Below, piece by piece: positions 42,944 to 53,627 of a stretch of 64,000 nt of DNA. Origin of the DNA: Octopus vulgaris (taxonomy: Eukaryota). Numbering within the stretch: the stretch's first letter is position 1; each line of letters starts with the position of its first letter. The stretch is taken from assembly GCA_951406725.2 (NCBI GenBank), contig OX597821.1, positions 94,798,001 to 94,862,000 on the forward strand, read 5' to 3'. The position numbers and the translations under genes were made by a program. The notes under the pieces are model-generated. The model searched no databases, was not told the DNA's origin, and saw only the letters and a list, made by a program, of their open reading frames with translations.

Positions 42944-43305
42944 AGGCGCAGGAGTGGCTGCGTGGCATCTTGGCCAAGTGTCTTCTGCTATAGCCTCGGG
43001 CCGACCAAAACCTTGTGAGTGGATTTGGTAGACGGAAACTGAAAAGAAGCCCGTCGTATATATGTATATATATATATATGTGCGTGTGTGTGTTTGTGTG
43101 TTTGTGTTTGTCCCCCTAGCATTGCTTGACAACCGATGCTGGTGTGTTTATGTCTCCGTTACTTAGCGGTTCGGCAAAAGAGACCGATAGAATAAGTACT
43201 GGGCTTACAAAAGAATAAGTCCCGAGGTCGAGTTGCTCGATTAAAGGCGGTGCTCCAGCATGGCCGCAGTCAGATGACTGAAACAAGTAAAAGAGTAAAA
43301 GAGAG
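42944..43305 (+). mobile_element. SINE family A with a deletion in the tRNA head
   Basis: GGCGCAGGAGTGGCTG is joined directly to CGTGGCATCTTGG, so the B-box is lost. Confidence 0.9.
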
Positions 43306-43559
43306 TATATATATATAGGACAGACTTCTTTCAAACTGAAAGTATTATCTCACATTACAATAGAGACGTAATAGTGTACGAGATAAGAGATTGTTCATGA
43401 TGACACTGCATGGACCCTAAGTAAGGCATGTGTAAAATTAGAATGAAATCGGTTTAGTGTCTAGTTTTAGGGATTCACACAGACACACACACACACACAC
43501 ACACATACACACACACTCACACATACACACACATACACACACATACACATTTTCATCTT

Positions 43560-43595
<36 letters not shown>

Positions 43596-43784
43596 TTAAA
43601 GATAATTTTTTTATAAGAGGAGTAAATAATGTAGTTCTTAAAGCCATCTCTAGCATGTGGCGCTATTATTAGTGCCCTTATTAATATTATATTTATATAA
43701 TTATATATTTGTATTAATTGTTACCTATATGGCTCCATTATATACTGGCTACTTAATACAATCATATGAAGATTTTATCCTTCG

Positions 43785-43826
<42 letters not shown>

Positions 43827-43836
43827 ATATATATAT

Positions 43837-44217
43837 CTTTTACCTGTTTCAGTCATTTGACTGCGGCCATGCTGGAGCACCGCCTTTTAATCGAGCAACT
43901 CGACCCCAGGACTTATTCTATCGGTCTCTTTTGCCGAACCGCTAAGTAACGGGGACATAAACACACCAGCATCGGTTGTCAAGCAATGCTAGGGGGACAA
44001 ACACAGACACACAAACACACACACACACATATATATACATATATACATATATACGACAGGCTTCTTTCAGTTTCCGTCTACCAAATCCACTCACAAGGCA
44101 TTGGTCGGCCCGGGGCTATAGCAGAAGACACTTGCCCAAGATGCCACGCAGTGGGACTGAACCCGGAACCATGTGGTTGGTTAGCAAGCTACTTACCACA
44201 CAGCCACTCCTGCGCCT
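43837..44217 (-). mobile_element. SINE family A, near full-length
   Basis: Collinear with other copies. Confidence 0.93.
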
Positions 44218-44343
44218 ATATATATATATATATTATATAATATACACTAAAAAATTTTTTTTAATAATATTTTTGTTGGTTATGTAAAATCTCAGAAAAT
44301 AATTAAAAATTCACATTTTTTGTCAAAATTTTTTAAATATTTG

Positions 44344-44390
<47 letters not shown>

Positions 44391-44400
44391 TTATGTGTAT

Positions 44401-44745
44401 TCTTTTATTCTTTTATTGCTTCAGTCGTTTGGCTGCGGCCATGCAGGGTCAGCGCCTGGAAGGGCTTTAGTCGAACAAACTGACCACAGGACATATCCCT
44501 TAAGTCTGGTACTTATTCTATCGAATACTTTTGCCGACCTGCTAAGTTGCAGTGACGTAAAGATACCAACAGAGGTTACCAAACCGTGATGGCCGACAAA
44601 CACAGACTTAAAGACACACACACATCGTAATATACTTATATATATATATGTATATACGACGATCTTCTTTCAGTTTCCGTCTACTAAATCCACTCACAAG
44701 GCTTTAGTCGGTCCGAGTTTATATTAGAAGACACTTGCCTAGGGC

Positions 44746-44747
<2 letters not shown>
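44401..44747 (-). mobile_element. SINE family A, diverged and 5'-truncated
   Basis: Tail and body recognisable. Confidence 0.8.
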
Positions 44748-44811
<64 letters not shown>

Positions 44812-44909
44812 CATATATACATACATATATACATACATAATATACATACATAATATACACACACAAACACACACACACATACACACACACACATACACAC
44901 ACACACACG

Positions 44910-45476
44910 TAAATGAAAGAATGGAGTCGAACGAAGATGTTAACAAAATTCCTTTACTCTCGACACATGTTTCGAAGACAGCATATTTTTATTCCGAAGG
45001 AATAAAGGGTGCATTATGCAATCTTCTCATCAGGAAAGATAAGGAGCCTCTCTCAACCATAAGACGAATAAAAATTTCGATGATTGCCTACATGGTAATC
45101 ACAGCGATAATCTGATTATTGCTGTGATTACCATGTAGGCAATCATCGAAATTTTTGTTCGTCTTATGGTTGAGAGAGGCTCCTTATCTTTCCTGATGAG
45201 AAGATTGCATAATGCACCCTTCATTCCTTCGGAATAAAAATATGCTGTCTTCGAAACATGTGTCGAGAGAAAAAGGAATTTTGTTAACATCTTCGTTCGA
45301 CTCCATTCTTTCATTTATTCATATACAACACACAAATTTCTACATGAGAACCCGGAGTTTCTACCCTTGACAGGTCGCTTCAACCGTGTTTTCTGACGTG
45401 AATTTGCTACCCAGGTTTCGGTTAAACGAATTGTCCATGCTGACGATAAACATAGGATAATTCATTCACCTACTTA
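44910..45476 (+). mobile_element. Fold-back element: ~408-bp palindrome (44910-45317) plus unique end, with two mirror-image HHRs
   Basis: Centre at 45113, arms ~203 bp with few mismatches; embedded between microsatellites. Confidence 0.85.
45182..45276 (+). ncRNA. Type I hammerhead ribozyme, canonical core, extended stem II
   Basis: CUUUC-CUGAUGA(45193-45199)-GAAGAUUGCAUA...UAUGCUGUCUUC-GAAAC(AUGU)GUC^GAGAG; predicted cleavage after 45264; mirror copy on minus at 44951-45044. Confidence 0.85.
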
Positions 45477-45481
45477 AATAT

Positions 45482-45538
<57 letters not shown>

Positions 45539-46027
45539 AACAAATCCTTCAAAGAGGATCAACCCCACGCTGCTACTCTTGTCAGAATTTAGTGGTTGCA
45601 AAGAGAAAAGTCACTACAGGCAAGAATAGCGACGATATCTTATAAACTTTATCTCTTCTATCTCTTTAGCGCACTTAAAAGCATATCTACCCGAACACTT
45701 AATGGTTGACGTATTCTTTTACGATTTGAGACATTTGAATTACTGAAACAGCGTTCGTATGCTGAGTGAGCACGTCACTGACTCACCGTGCATTACAAAC
45801 TCACTGAGCCAAACCCATCCTGTTAAAACTTTCGTACTACAGTACAGAGCGCTTTTCCAGGATCGTGCTGATGACACATGTAAATATGCCATTCGCAGCC
45901 ACCGTGATAAGTAAATGGCAGAAACTAGAGCTGAACGAATTACTTGAAAGAAGGACAAAGCATTTCACAACACTGGGTATGTGTCTTGTATGCGTGTGCA
46001 TGTGTGTGTGTGTGTGTGTGTGTGTGT

Positions 46028-46235
46028 GAAGGCGAATGGTGTATTTGTTAGGGTGCTACACTCAGATCGCAAGATCGTATTCTTGATTCCTAGGCCTGTA
46101 GTGCGTCTTGTTCTTGAGCAAAACACTTCATTTAAAGTTGCTCCTGAATAATTAACTGTAAGTGAATCACCCAGAAACGGACTGGTGTTCCATTCAGATA
46201 AGATTTCAGCCTATGCGCCTAACCAGCGGAGTGGT
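46028..46235 (+). mobile_element. Old tRNA-derived SINE with a TTGTTCTTGAGCAAAACACTT core
   Basis: Head resembles family B; core resembles the 11770-12090 copy. Confidence 0.55.
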
Positions 46236-46238
46236 GTC

Positions 46239-46276
<38 letters not shown>

Positions 46277-46298
<22 letters not shown>

Positions 46299-47048
46299 CG
46301 ATGCTGCTATGAATCTCAGTGCTGAGAGAGATAAGTGATGTGGTCAGCAACTTCGACATACTCACCCGCATCAAAGGGATGAATTGGAGTGCTCCAAGAC
46401 TGGATTTTTGTTCTAACGCAAAAGACTCTAAGGCTAAATGGTTCTGCTTCCACATTCAGTGGAAGGAAAGTATGAAGTCCTAAAGTGACTTGGATGCGCT
46501 GGTGCAATTGCGGACTCGTTAGACAAGGCTGTTTTGTGCTGCCGATATCGACACAAGAGAACAAAGGTTCGGCTCTTTAGGTCTCTGGTTTTCCATTTCC
46601 TGCTGTATAGTTGTGAGATTTAGACACTGTCCGGAGCCCTTAGGTGCAGCCTGAGCTCTTTTGGTACCAATACGTTTCGCAAGATTATGGGTTACCATTT
46701 ACTGGAATTCGCATCCAATGCATGACTCTACTCAGAAACTGAGATGTGTTCTGTTACTCGTATGGACTCGGGCAAGCGCCAGCTCGGATTGTTTGGCCAT
46801 GTTGCTCCATTTTCCGAGTTTAGACCCTGCTTACCGTGTCCTCTTCATTGAGGATTCAGGTTGGTTAACGGCTCGTGTCAGTCGACACATACCACATAGT
46901 CACGTCACATGATGAGGTATGTCGCAGAGATGAGAACTGAATGTGGCTCTATTTGACGGGTCAGCAGGTAGGGGGAACCCAGAAATAAACCAAATCGTTA
47001 ATGCAGCAACGCGCTGCCTCAACGCATTATCCCACATCTGACTTGACA
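46277..47048 (+). mobile_element. 5'-truncated RTE-clade LINE with an inverted 5' segment
   Basis: + strand 46470-47048 reads RTKVRLFRSLVFHFLLYSCEI*TL..FGTNTFRKIMGY and ends in a CTGACTTGAC tail. - strand 46277-46470 reads EAEPFSLRV..RTKIQ..GEYVEVADHITYLS, the immediately upstream RT segment. Confidence 0.82.
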
Positions 47049-47942
47049 TATAAATACATATATAATACATGCGTTGCTGCATTTTTATTATTATACTCCC
47101 TTATATTATTAATATTATTATTATTAGTAGTAGTATTATATATATATATACACATACATACATATACATATACACTATGTGGTGATGCTTCAAGCAAGTA
47201 GAAAACACTCGATCGTCTAAGAGAATAAAGTTAATCTTAAATTTAAAAAAAACACAAATCTTACAGCTATCCAGGGTTTCCTAGTCGAAATACTATCGAC
47301 GTTTTCGATCTAGTTTGGATTCTTTGCCATCAAATTTGAATTCTTTGCAATCAAATTAAAATTTTTCAAATGGTGCTCAAGCCTTGAAAAAAGAAGAGTT
47401 AAACTACATCAGCGGTAACTGTTACTCGAACTTCGATCTAACCCCGCGCTTGGGAGAACAAACTCGAGTTGGATAAACTTGAATAGTAAGCTCTTTGCAC
47501 TTTATAACGTAGCAAATTCACCATACGTAAGCATAAAGGAAAAAATGAGCTCATACTAATCCTGATATAACGACCTGCCTGAATGCGTCCACGTGTCATC
47601 TAAGACACATGCATGCCATGTACAATAGACAGTCTAATTAAAAGGCATACCACGGGGTGGGGAGAGAATGTAGCTTGTATACTTTACCAGGTACTAAGTA
47701 CACTCGTGTACCACAATTTGTACATATATGTTGATGGAGAACGCAGGACGAAATATATTTTCGTTATTTAATGACAAGTTTCACTTACTGGTTTCGAATC
47801 CCGCTGAAAGATTAGCATTTCATGAAGTAGATAATGTAAATATAATCAAAAGCCCTCTTTGGTATTTGGTCCTGAGCTAGTGCGCCTAAGAGTAAAGACT
47901 CCTACCAATAGTCGTCTCATACTTTTGTTATAGTTTATCTAG

Positions 47943-48328
47943 TGGAGGCGCAATGGCCCAGTGGTTAGGGTAGCGGACTCGCGGTCGGAGGATCGCGGTT
48001 TCGATTCCAAGACCGGGCATTGTGAGTGTTTATTGAGCGAAAACACCTAAAGCTCCACGAGGCTCCGGCAGGGGATGGTGGTGAACCCTGCTGTACTCTT
48101 TCACCACAACTTTCTCTCGCTCTTTCTTCCTGTTTCTCTTGTACCTGTATTTCAAAGGGCCAGCCTTGTCACAATCTGTGTCACGCTGAATCTCCTCGAG
48201 AACTACGTTAAGGGTACACGTGTCTGTGGAGTGCTCAGCCACTTGCACGTTAATATCACGAGCAAGCTGTTCCGTTGATCGTATCAGCTGGGACCCTCAT
48301 CGTCGCAACCGACGGAGTGCTCCTATCC
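47943..48328 (+). mobile_element. SINE family B with 13-bp TSD
   Basis: TSD ATAGTTTATCTAG at 47930-47942 and 48329-48341; the empty site is visible in the paralog at ~49979-49990. Confidence 0.95.
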
Positions 48329-48376
48329 ATAGTTTATCTAGGACGTTTAGTGCTTTGATATAGTTGTTAATTGTAG

Positions 48377-48522
48377 CACGTTGAACAATCTTGTCGAAGC
48401 TGCTTCGTTGACCCGTGCAGTGAATGCCTCGGTAATTCGTATGAAAACTCCTGCCTCAAAAGAAGATATTTGCTTTGTTCTGTGTTATAATGAAGGAACT
48501 GAAAACACGTGTGACCCAGTTG
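48377..48522 (+). CDS. Candidate internal exon (146 nt), copy 1; product unknown, Cys-containing
   Basis: ttgtAG|C ACG TTG...GTT G|GTAAGT; open frame TLNNLVEAASLTRAVNASVIRMKTPASKEDICFVLCYNEGTENTCDPV; no indels relative to copy 2. Confidence 0.4.
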
Positions 48523-49128
48523 GTAAGTCACTAGATAACAGTTACTGCCAGTTCACTACACTTGGGTTAACAATGATCTTTGATTCAGGCACCTGACCAA
48601 CAATTTTGCAGGTTAACCCCACTATTTTATCGACCACAGAGGAATGAAAGGCAGATTTGACCTTAGCAGGATCTGAACACGGGATGTAAGATACTTGCAC
48701 AATTGCAATAATGCAATTTCTTCCGAGACCATAACGATTCGCCACTTCTTCCTAGGATTGAAAATGGTTTGAAGTTGTTGGCACAAGGTCAACAAGTTTA
48801 AGAAAAGGGAGCAAATAGATTACATTGTCTCTTGCGCTCAACTGGTTTATATTTTATCGATTCCGAAAGGATGAAAATCAAAGTTGACCTCTGCAGGTAT
48901 TGTATACTTTACTAGCTATTGAACACTATCTTCTTTCACCCTTTTGAGACACAAGGTGTTTTGGTGCGTGTGCCCCCAAATACCAAAATATATATTTTTT
49001 CTGTTGAGATTGAAATTGATGGGTGCATGTAGAAAACAAAGAATAAAATATACCTAAAACTACTTTATTTGTGTGTAAAACTATATATATTATATATATT
49101 ATTATATATACTATATCTACTGAAAGAT

Positions 49129-49619
49129 ATATATATATATAATATTATATATATATATTATATATATATAATATTATATATATATATTATATATATATAA
49201 TATTATATATATATTATATATACTCAGAAATACTAAATTTCTAAATCTCTCGTAGAGACATGTACGGTGGTGGGGCGATAGAATGGTTGTATACTGTCAA
49301 TCTAACACGAACGTGACAGTAGGGGGGTACACCACCGCTGTTTAGCCCTAGGAAGCATCGACGCCTTCTGATGGCTTTGATACATTTCTCCTGTGTCCTT
49401 ATATACATTTACGAAGGGGAGACAAATACCCCCAGCCGCCAGGGATGCATCTAGGGACACGTGTTTCAGGATGATTGTCCTTCGTCGGCCTAGACTAGCA
49501 GACACCGGTCAGCTGATGATATTTGCTTCGACTTCGTAATGTATATATCTAAATTTCAGTGAAGTCTATTCACTGATTATCAAAATCAGAAATACTAAAT
49601 TTATACACATTATATATAA
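49129..49619 (-). mobile_element. Retrozyme-like HHR element (362-bp unit with terminal redundancy) flanked by a 17-bp duplication
   Basis: TCAGAAATACTAAATTT at 49224 and 49586; TATATCTACTGAAAGAT at 49112-49128 and 49620-49636; HHR at 49450-49494. Confidence 0.75.
49450..49494 (-). ncRNA. Type I hammerhead ribozyme, CCGACGA core variant
   Basis: UCUAGG-CCGACGA-AGGA(CAAUCA)UCCU-GAAAC(ACGU)GUC^CCUAGA: perfect 6-bp stem I, 4-bp stem II, palindromic stem III. Confidence 0.8.
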
Positions 49620-50031
49620 TATATCTACTGAAAGATTATCCCTGATAGGCTATTACACTTCAAAACGGATAGGCCTCAAAGTCCTTTCAGTTTGTATCGA
49701 TTGGGCGGATCAATGTCCCCGGGTGTTGCAAGAGGGTTAATATCTTAAAACAATTTTTATATATAAGTTGTCACAGTAGACAAGGAAGTGATAGAAATAG
49801 CAGAGCACAGGACTAAATATATTTCAATAATTAATCATAAGTTCTTCGTTATGGTTTAAAATCCTGCTGATGTCTTGATGTTTCATCATGCAGATAATGT
49901 ATTAGCAAAAGTTCTCATTGGTACTTTCTTCTGAGCTAGTACACCTATGAGACAAGACACCCACCCATAATTTTGTTTTAGTTTATCTAGAACTTTTAGT
50001 GATTTCACATAGATATTAATGTTATTAGTAG

Positions 50032-50177
50032 CATGTCGAATAGTATCGTTGAGGCTGCCTCATTCACACGTGCAGTAATTGCCTCAATGATTCGTATGAA
50101 AGCTCCTGCCTCAAAAGAAGGTATGTGCTTTGTTCCGTGTTATAATCAAGGAACAGAGAACACGTGTGACCCAGTTG
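50032..50177 (+). CDS. Candidate internal exon (146 nt), copy 2; product unknown
   Basis: tagtAG|C ATG TCG...GTT G|GTAAGT; MSNSIVEAASFTRAVIASMIRMKAPASKEGMCFVPCYNQGTENTCDPV. Confidence 0.4.
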
Positions 50178-50777
50178 GTAAGTTACTAGATAATAGTGAC
50201 CTGTGTAGCTCTAACTATATTTTCTAAAATGCGTTACTATACTCGTATTTCAGACTGCAGGGTGTGGTTTGTGATAAGTTTTGCTGCTATTTCTATATTT
50301 CATTTAATTTATCTCAGGGCTAAAGTAAGCATCAGTCTGCTAATATAGTTAATTCATTGAACATTTTTGAAAGTTCAGTGCTTGCAGTAGAACTGATGGA
50401 GGTTGATGCGAGAAGGAGAGTAAGTTATCCCAGACAGGAGACCTGGATCAAATGCTAGCAATAGGGTAACTTCCACTGGAGACAGCCTAAGACGACGGAT
50501 ATATGGAAGCACCCAGGATAGTTATTGTCGACAGCTTTTGCACAATTTCATTTTATTAAACCTCATAGAAGATACTTGCCCACGGTTCCCGACAGCAGCA
50601 TGAAACGTGGAACTGTGTGTTTGCACTGTGAACTTCTTACCCACATAGCGATATTTTCTACAAATGTATGTCAATTTGTAAAATCAATAAAGCCGTCCCA
50701 ACATAGCAATTTTACATGTTTTGCATGTTGGCTGCGTAGGGGAAGAATAATATAAATTGCTCGTATACATTTTAATT

Positions 50778-51105
50778 TTTGCGTGAATACTGGCTCTCCA
50801 GCGGTTACGACGACGAGTGTTCCAGCTGATCCTATCGACGGAACAGCCTGCTCGTGAGATTAACGTGTAAGTGGCTGAGCACTCTACAGACACGCGTTCT
50901 ACAGACACATAGTTCTCAGGGAAATTCCGCGTGGTACAGAAAGTGACAAAGCTGGTCGTTTTGAATTACAAGTATTACTCGTTTTGTCGCTAGAATGAAC
51001 CGGAGCAATATGAAATGAAATGTCTTGCTCAAGGCCACAACACGCCGCTGGGAATCGAACTCACGACCTGAAGTAAACAGTATAACCATTAAGCCACGCA
51101 CCTTC
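50778..51105 (-). mobile_element. SINE family B-related older subfamily
   Basis: Homologous to 11770-12090. Confidence 0.8.
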
Positions 51106-51392
51106 ACTTGCGTGAATACAATACATAGATTGCAAGTGAGGTTTATCAATCATGTCAAACAATGTGTTCTATATTAAAATGTATAGTAGCTTGGTACTCT
51201 AAATAAGACATCAACATTTCCATTCTTTGAGCCATTCCACATCGACCCCAAATTATGAAATCCAACGCTGAATTCGATGGGATTTAAATTCAGAGCACAA
51301 AGAGCTTTAAAAAGTGCCATGAGGAATTTTTTTCTGATATAAAGACGCTGTCGATTCGCTGCCAACATACCCAGACATTAAAAAAGGACAAA

Positions 51393-51797
51393 AACTAGAA
51401 AAGCACTCGGAGAGCGCAGACCTCCTCCAAGCAGCTCATTTGAAGGTAGATACGCGAGTAAAATTACTAATAGAGAAACGAAAATAAATTTTGGAAACAG
51501 CAACGCCACCATAGGTTACGTGGAAACGATGAGCGTGTTTTCAAGGGAGATAATCAAAGAACGTAACATTGTAATACTTCATGTAATGTAAATATAACAA
51601 ATGAAAAATCCTTCAAGAATCCATAAAATTCCTGGATCACTACCAAAATTTCATCATCTGTTCCTTGTGTCATTACAAACTTTTTCTGCAAGTTTCATCA
51701 AATACCGTTCACAACTTTTTGAGTTATTTCGCACAAAGACGGGCAGACGGACAAACCAAAACCGATGAAAACAACCGCCTTCCTTGGAAGAAGTAAT
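51393..51797 (-). mobile_element. Helentron-associated (HINE/DINE-like) non-autonomous element
   Basis: Subterminal inverted repeats ACCTCCTCCAAG / CTTGGAAGAAGT, terminal hairpin GCACTC(GGA)GAGCGC, GACA/GACG microsatellite; homolog at 53628-53967. Confidence 0.7.
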
Positions 51798-51829
51798 AAT
51801 GTTTTTTTTTTAAATTACGCACAAGAATA

Positions 51830-52111
51830 TGAAAATGGGATGAAAAGTTCATAGTTTGACTATGAAGGAGTGATGCGAAAGCGGTGGAATCTTGCATGCA
51901 TTAATTTCAACACTTAATAATAACTGCATTCTTTCTTCCCAGGTAAATTGACAACTGACTGCTCAAAAAAATTGTAAAAAATAACTAGTAGCGACTTCTC
52001 TTGAAAATGAACAAAATTCAGCTTCGTGGTGTTATCAAGTACCTGTATAAAAAAGGTTACCTTCCATGAGAGTATCTTGGTCAGCCTATGAACTTTTTCA
52101 GCCGATCCTCG
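51830..52111 (+). mobile_element. Internally deleted mariner derivative
   Basis: TGAAAAGTTCATAG / CTATGAACTTTTTCA inverted ends finishing in ..CCTCG-TA; residual N-terminus MNKIQLRGVIKYLYKKG at ~52007. Confidence 0.65.
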
Positions 52112-52522
52112 TAGAGTTATCCCTTTAATATTTCACTTATTTTGTGAAGCTATGAATTAGGGAGGGCAATGTCGATCACAGAACACAAAGGGACATAACC
52201 AGATACCCTAAAATATTAAATCCTTTACCCTATAGTTTCTTGCCAATTCACTGTTTGCCCTTGGATAAATAATGGTTTCTGATTCAAGCACAAGGCCTGA
52301 AATTTTGAAGGGGAAAGTGATTAGTCGATACTATTTATCCAAGTACTTGACTGGTATTCCATTTAATTGACCCCAGAGGGGTCAAAAGCAAAGTTGACCT
52401 CAGCAATAATAATTTTGCCACCATAAAGTTGGTAATAATAAAGAAATATAATTAATTGCCATAAGGCGTTTGACCGCCGCTCTATTGATTCTACCAATCC
52501 AACGTCTTAGGGCTAATAAGAG

Positions 52523-52914
52523 ATATATAAAAGTCAAGTTGTGTGTCTGTCTCCTACGATTTAGATTCCTAACTACTCCCACATTTTGCGGTGCAGTTTA
52601 ACCAAAACCGGGTATCTTATAGTCGTGATTCATATCAAGCCCTTCTGGGTATTAGCGCGCGTCTACGATGAGTCTACGATTTAAAAAAAAAAATTGCCAT
52701 CATTTTTTTCCATTTTAATGCATTTTTTCGCTATTATATAAGGGAAGTAACTCTCTAAAAATGTCTACGATGAGTCAACGATTTAAAAAAAAATTTACCA
52801 TAATTTTTTTTCCATTTTTTAAGCATTTTTGCTATTTTTTGGCTATAACTCTCTAAAAATGCTTATATAGTTATTTCCCTTACAAACCCGAGCAACGCCG
52901 GGCGATACTGCTTG
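52523..52914 (+). mobile_element. Helitron-type non-autonomous element lacking the 5' TC
   Basis: 3' end CCCGAGCAACGCCGGGCGATACTG-CTTG; last ~130 bp shared with 57637-58018; internal ~100-bp tandem unit. Confidence 0.75.
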
Positions 52915-53627
52915 TAAGAGATATACAAATTTCGGCAAGGCTGTTTGACCAGCTCTTTACTCGTCCAGCCGCTTCACTATGACGTCATTCTCTGAGGTCA
53001 ACGGATTTACTTTGTGACATTGAAATTGCATTTCCTCTTCTCTGGGTCATGTAGTTTCTATTAAACTATTTACTTAAATTGGAGGAGTGTCTTGAAATCA
53101 CCGCTTACTTTGATATTGCCATCAAATTTATCACATCCGAGTCCTAATTTTAACAATAATGATGTTTTCACAATTATAACGAAGAGTTTACAGAGAAAAC
53201 AACTGATTTACGTGACTTACTGATGCATCTTTTGAGTGACTGGTTGACATTGCGATTAATTGATTGACTTTGGTGAGTGAGTGGGTAAGTGATGAATAGA
53301 GATTGCCCAAATAGGCTCAAGATTACAGCATATTTGTACAACAACGTTTGGACGACTCAAACTATTTCAACTGTATGACTCAGTCATGGGAAAACTGCAG
53401 TCCACGGGATTTTCTAAAAGACGCGCCTAACGTAATTTACCTTGAATATTTTTAGAAGTTCAGCCTATCTAATCATGATGCATGTCCTAGGCAAACCGTT
53501 TTTCGAAAAATGTTGCCCATCCCGGTTATAAATAGTATTAAATCTTATAGTGTAATCAACAAATAACTGGTACTTGTTTTACAGGTCTTAGATTTGGTGA
53601 ATTAAGGCTACATTGAAATTAATAAAG

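Larger units (their letters stand above)
47740..48541 (+). repeat. Local duplicated segment, copy 1 (paralog at 49804-50197)
   Basis: CAGGAC.AAATATATTT, CTGAGCTAGT, TAGTTTATCTAG and the exon-like block are shared; only copy 1 carries a SINE B. Confidence 0.9.
48939..49736. mobile_element. piggyBac-like MITE with a nested insertion
   Basis: TTCA-CCCTTTTGAGACAC...GTGTTGCAAGAGGG-TTAA: CCC/GGG termini, ~14-bp imperfect TIRs, TTAA-type target. Confidence 0.65.

Noticed and set aside
45861-45976. Exon-like segment (ttttccAG ... G|GTATGT) with one open frame
   Set aside because: No recognisable product, and its exit phase is incompatible with the open frame of the 146-nt blocks; unsupported without RNA data.
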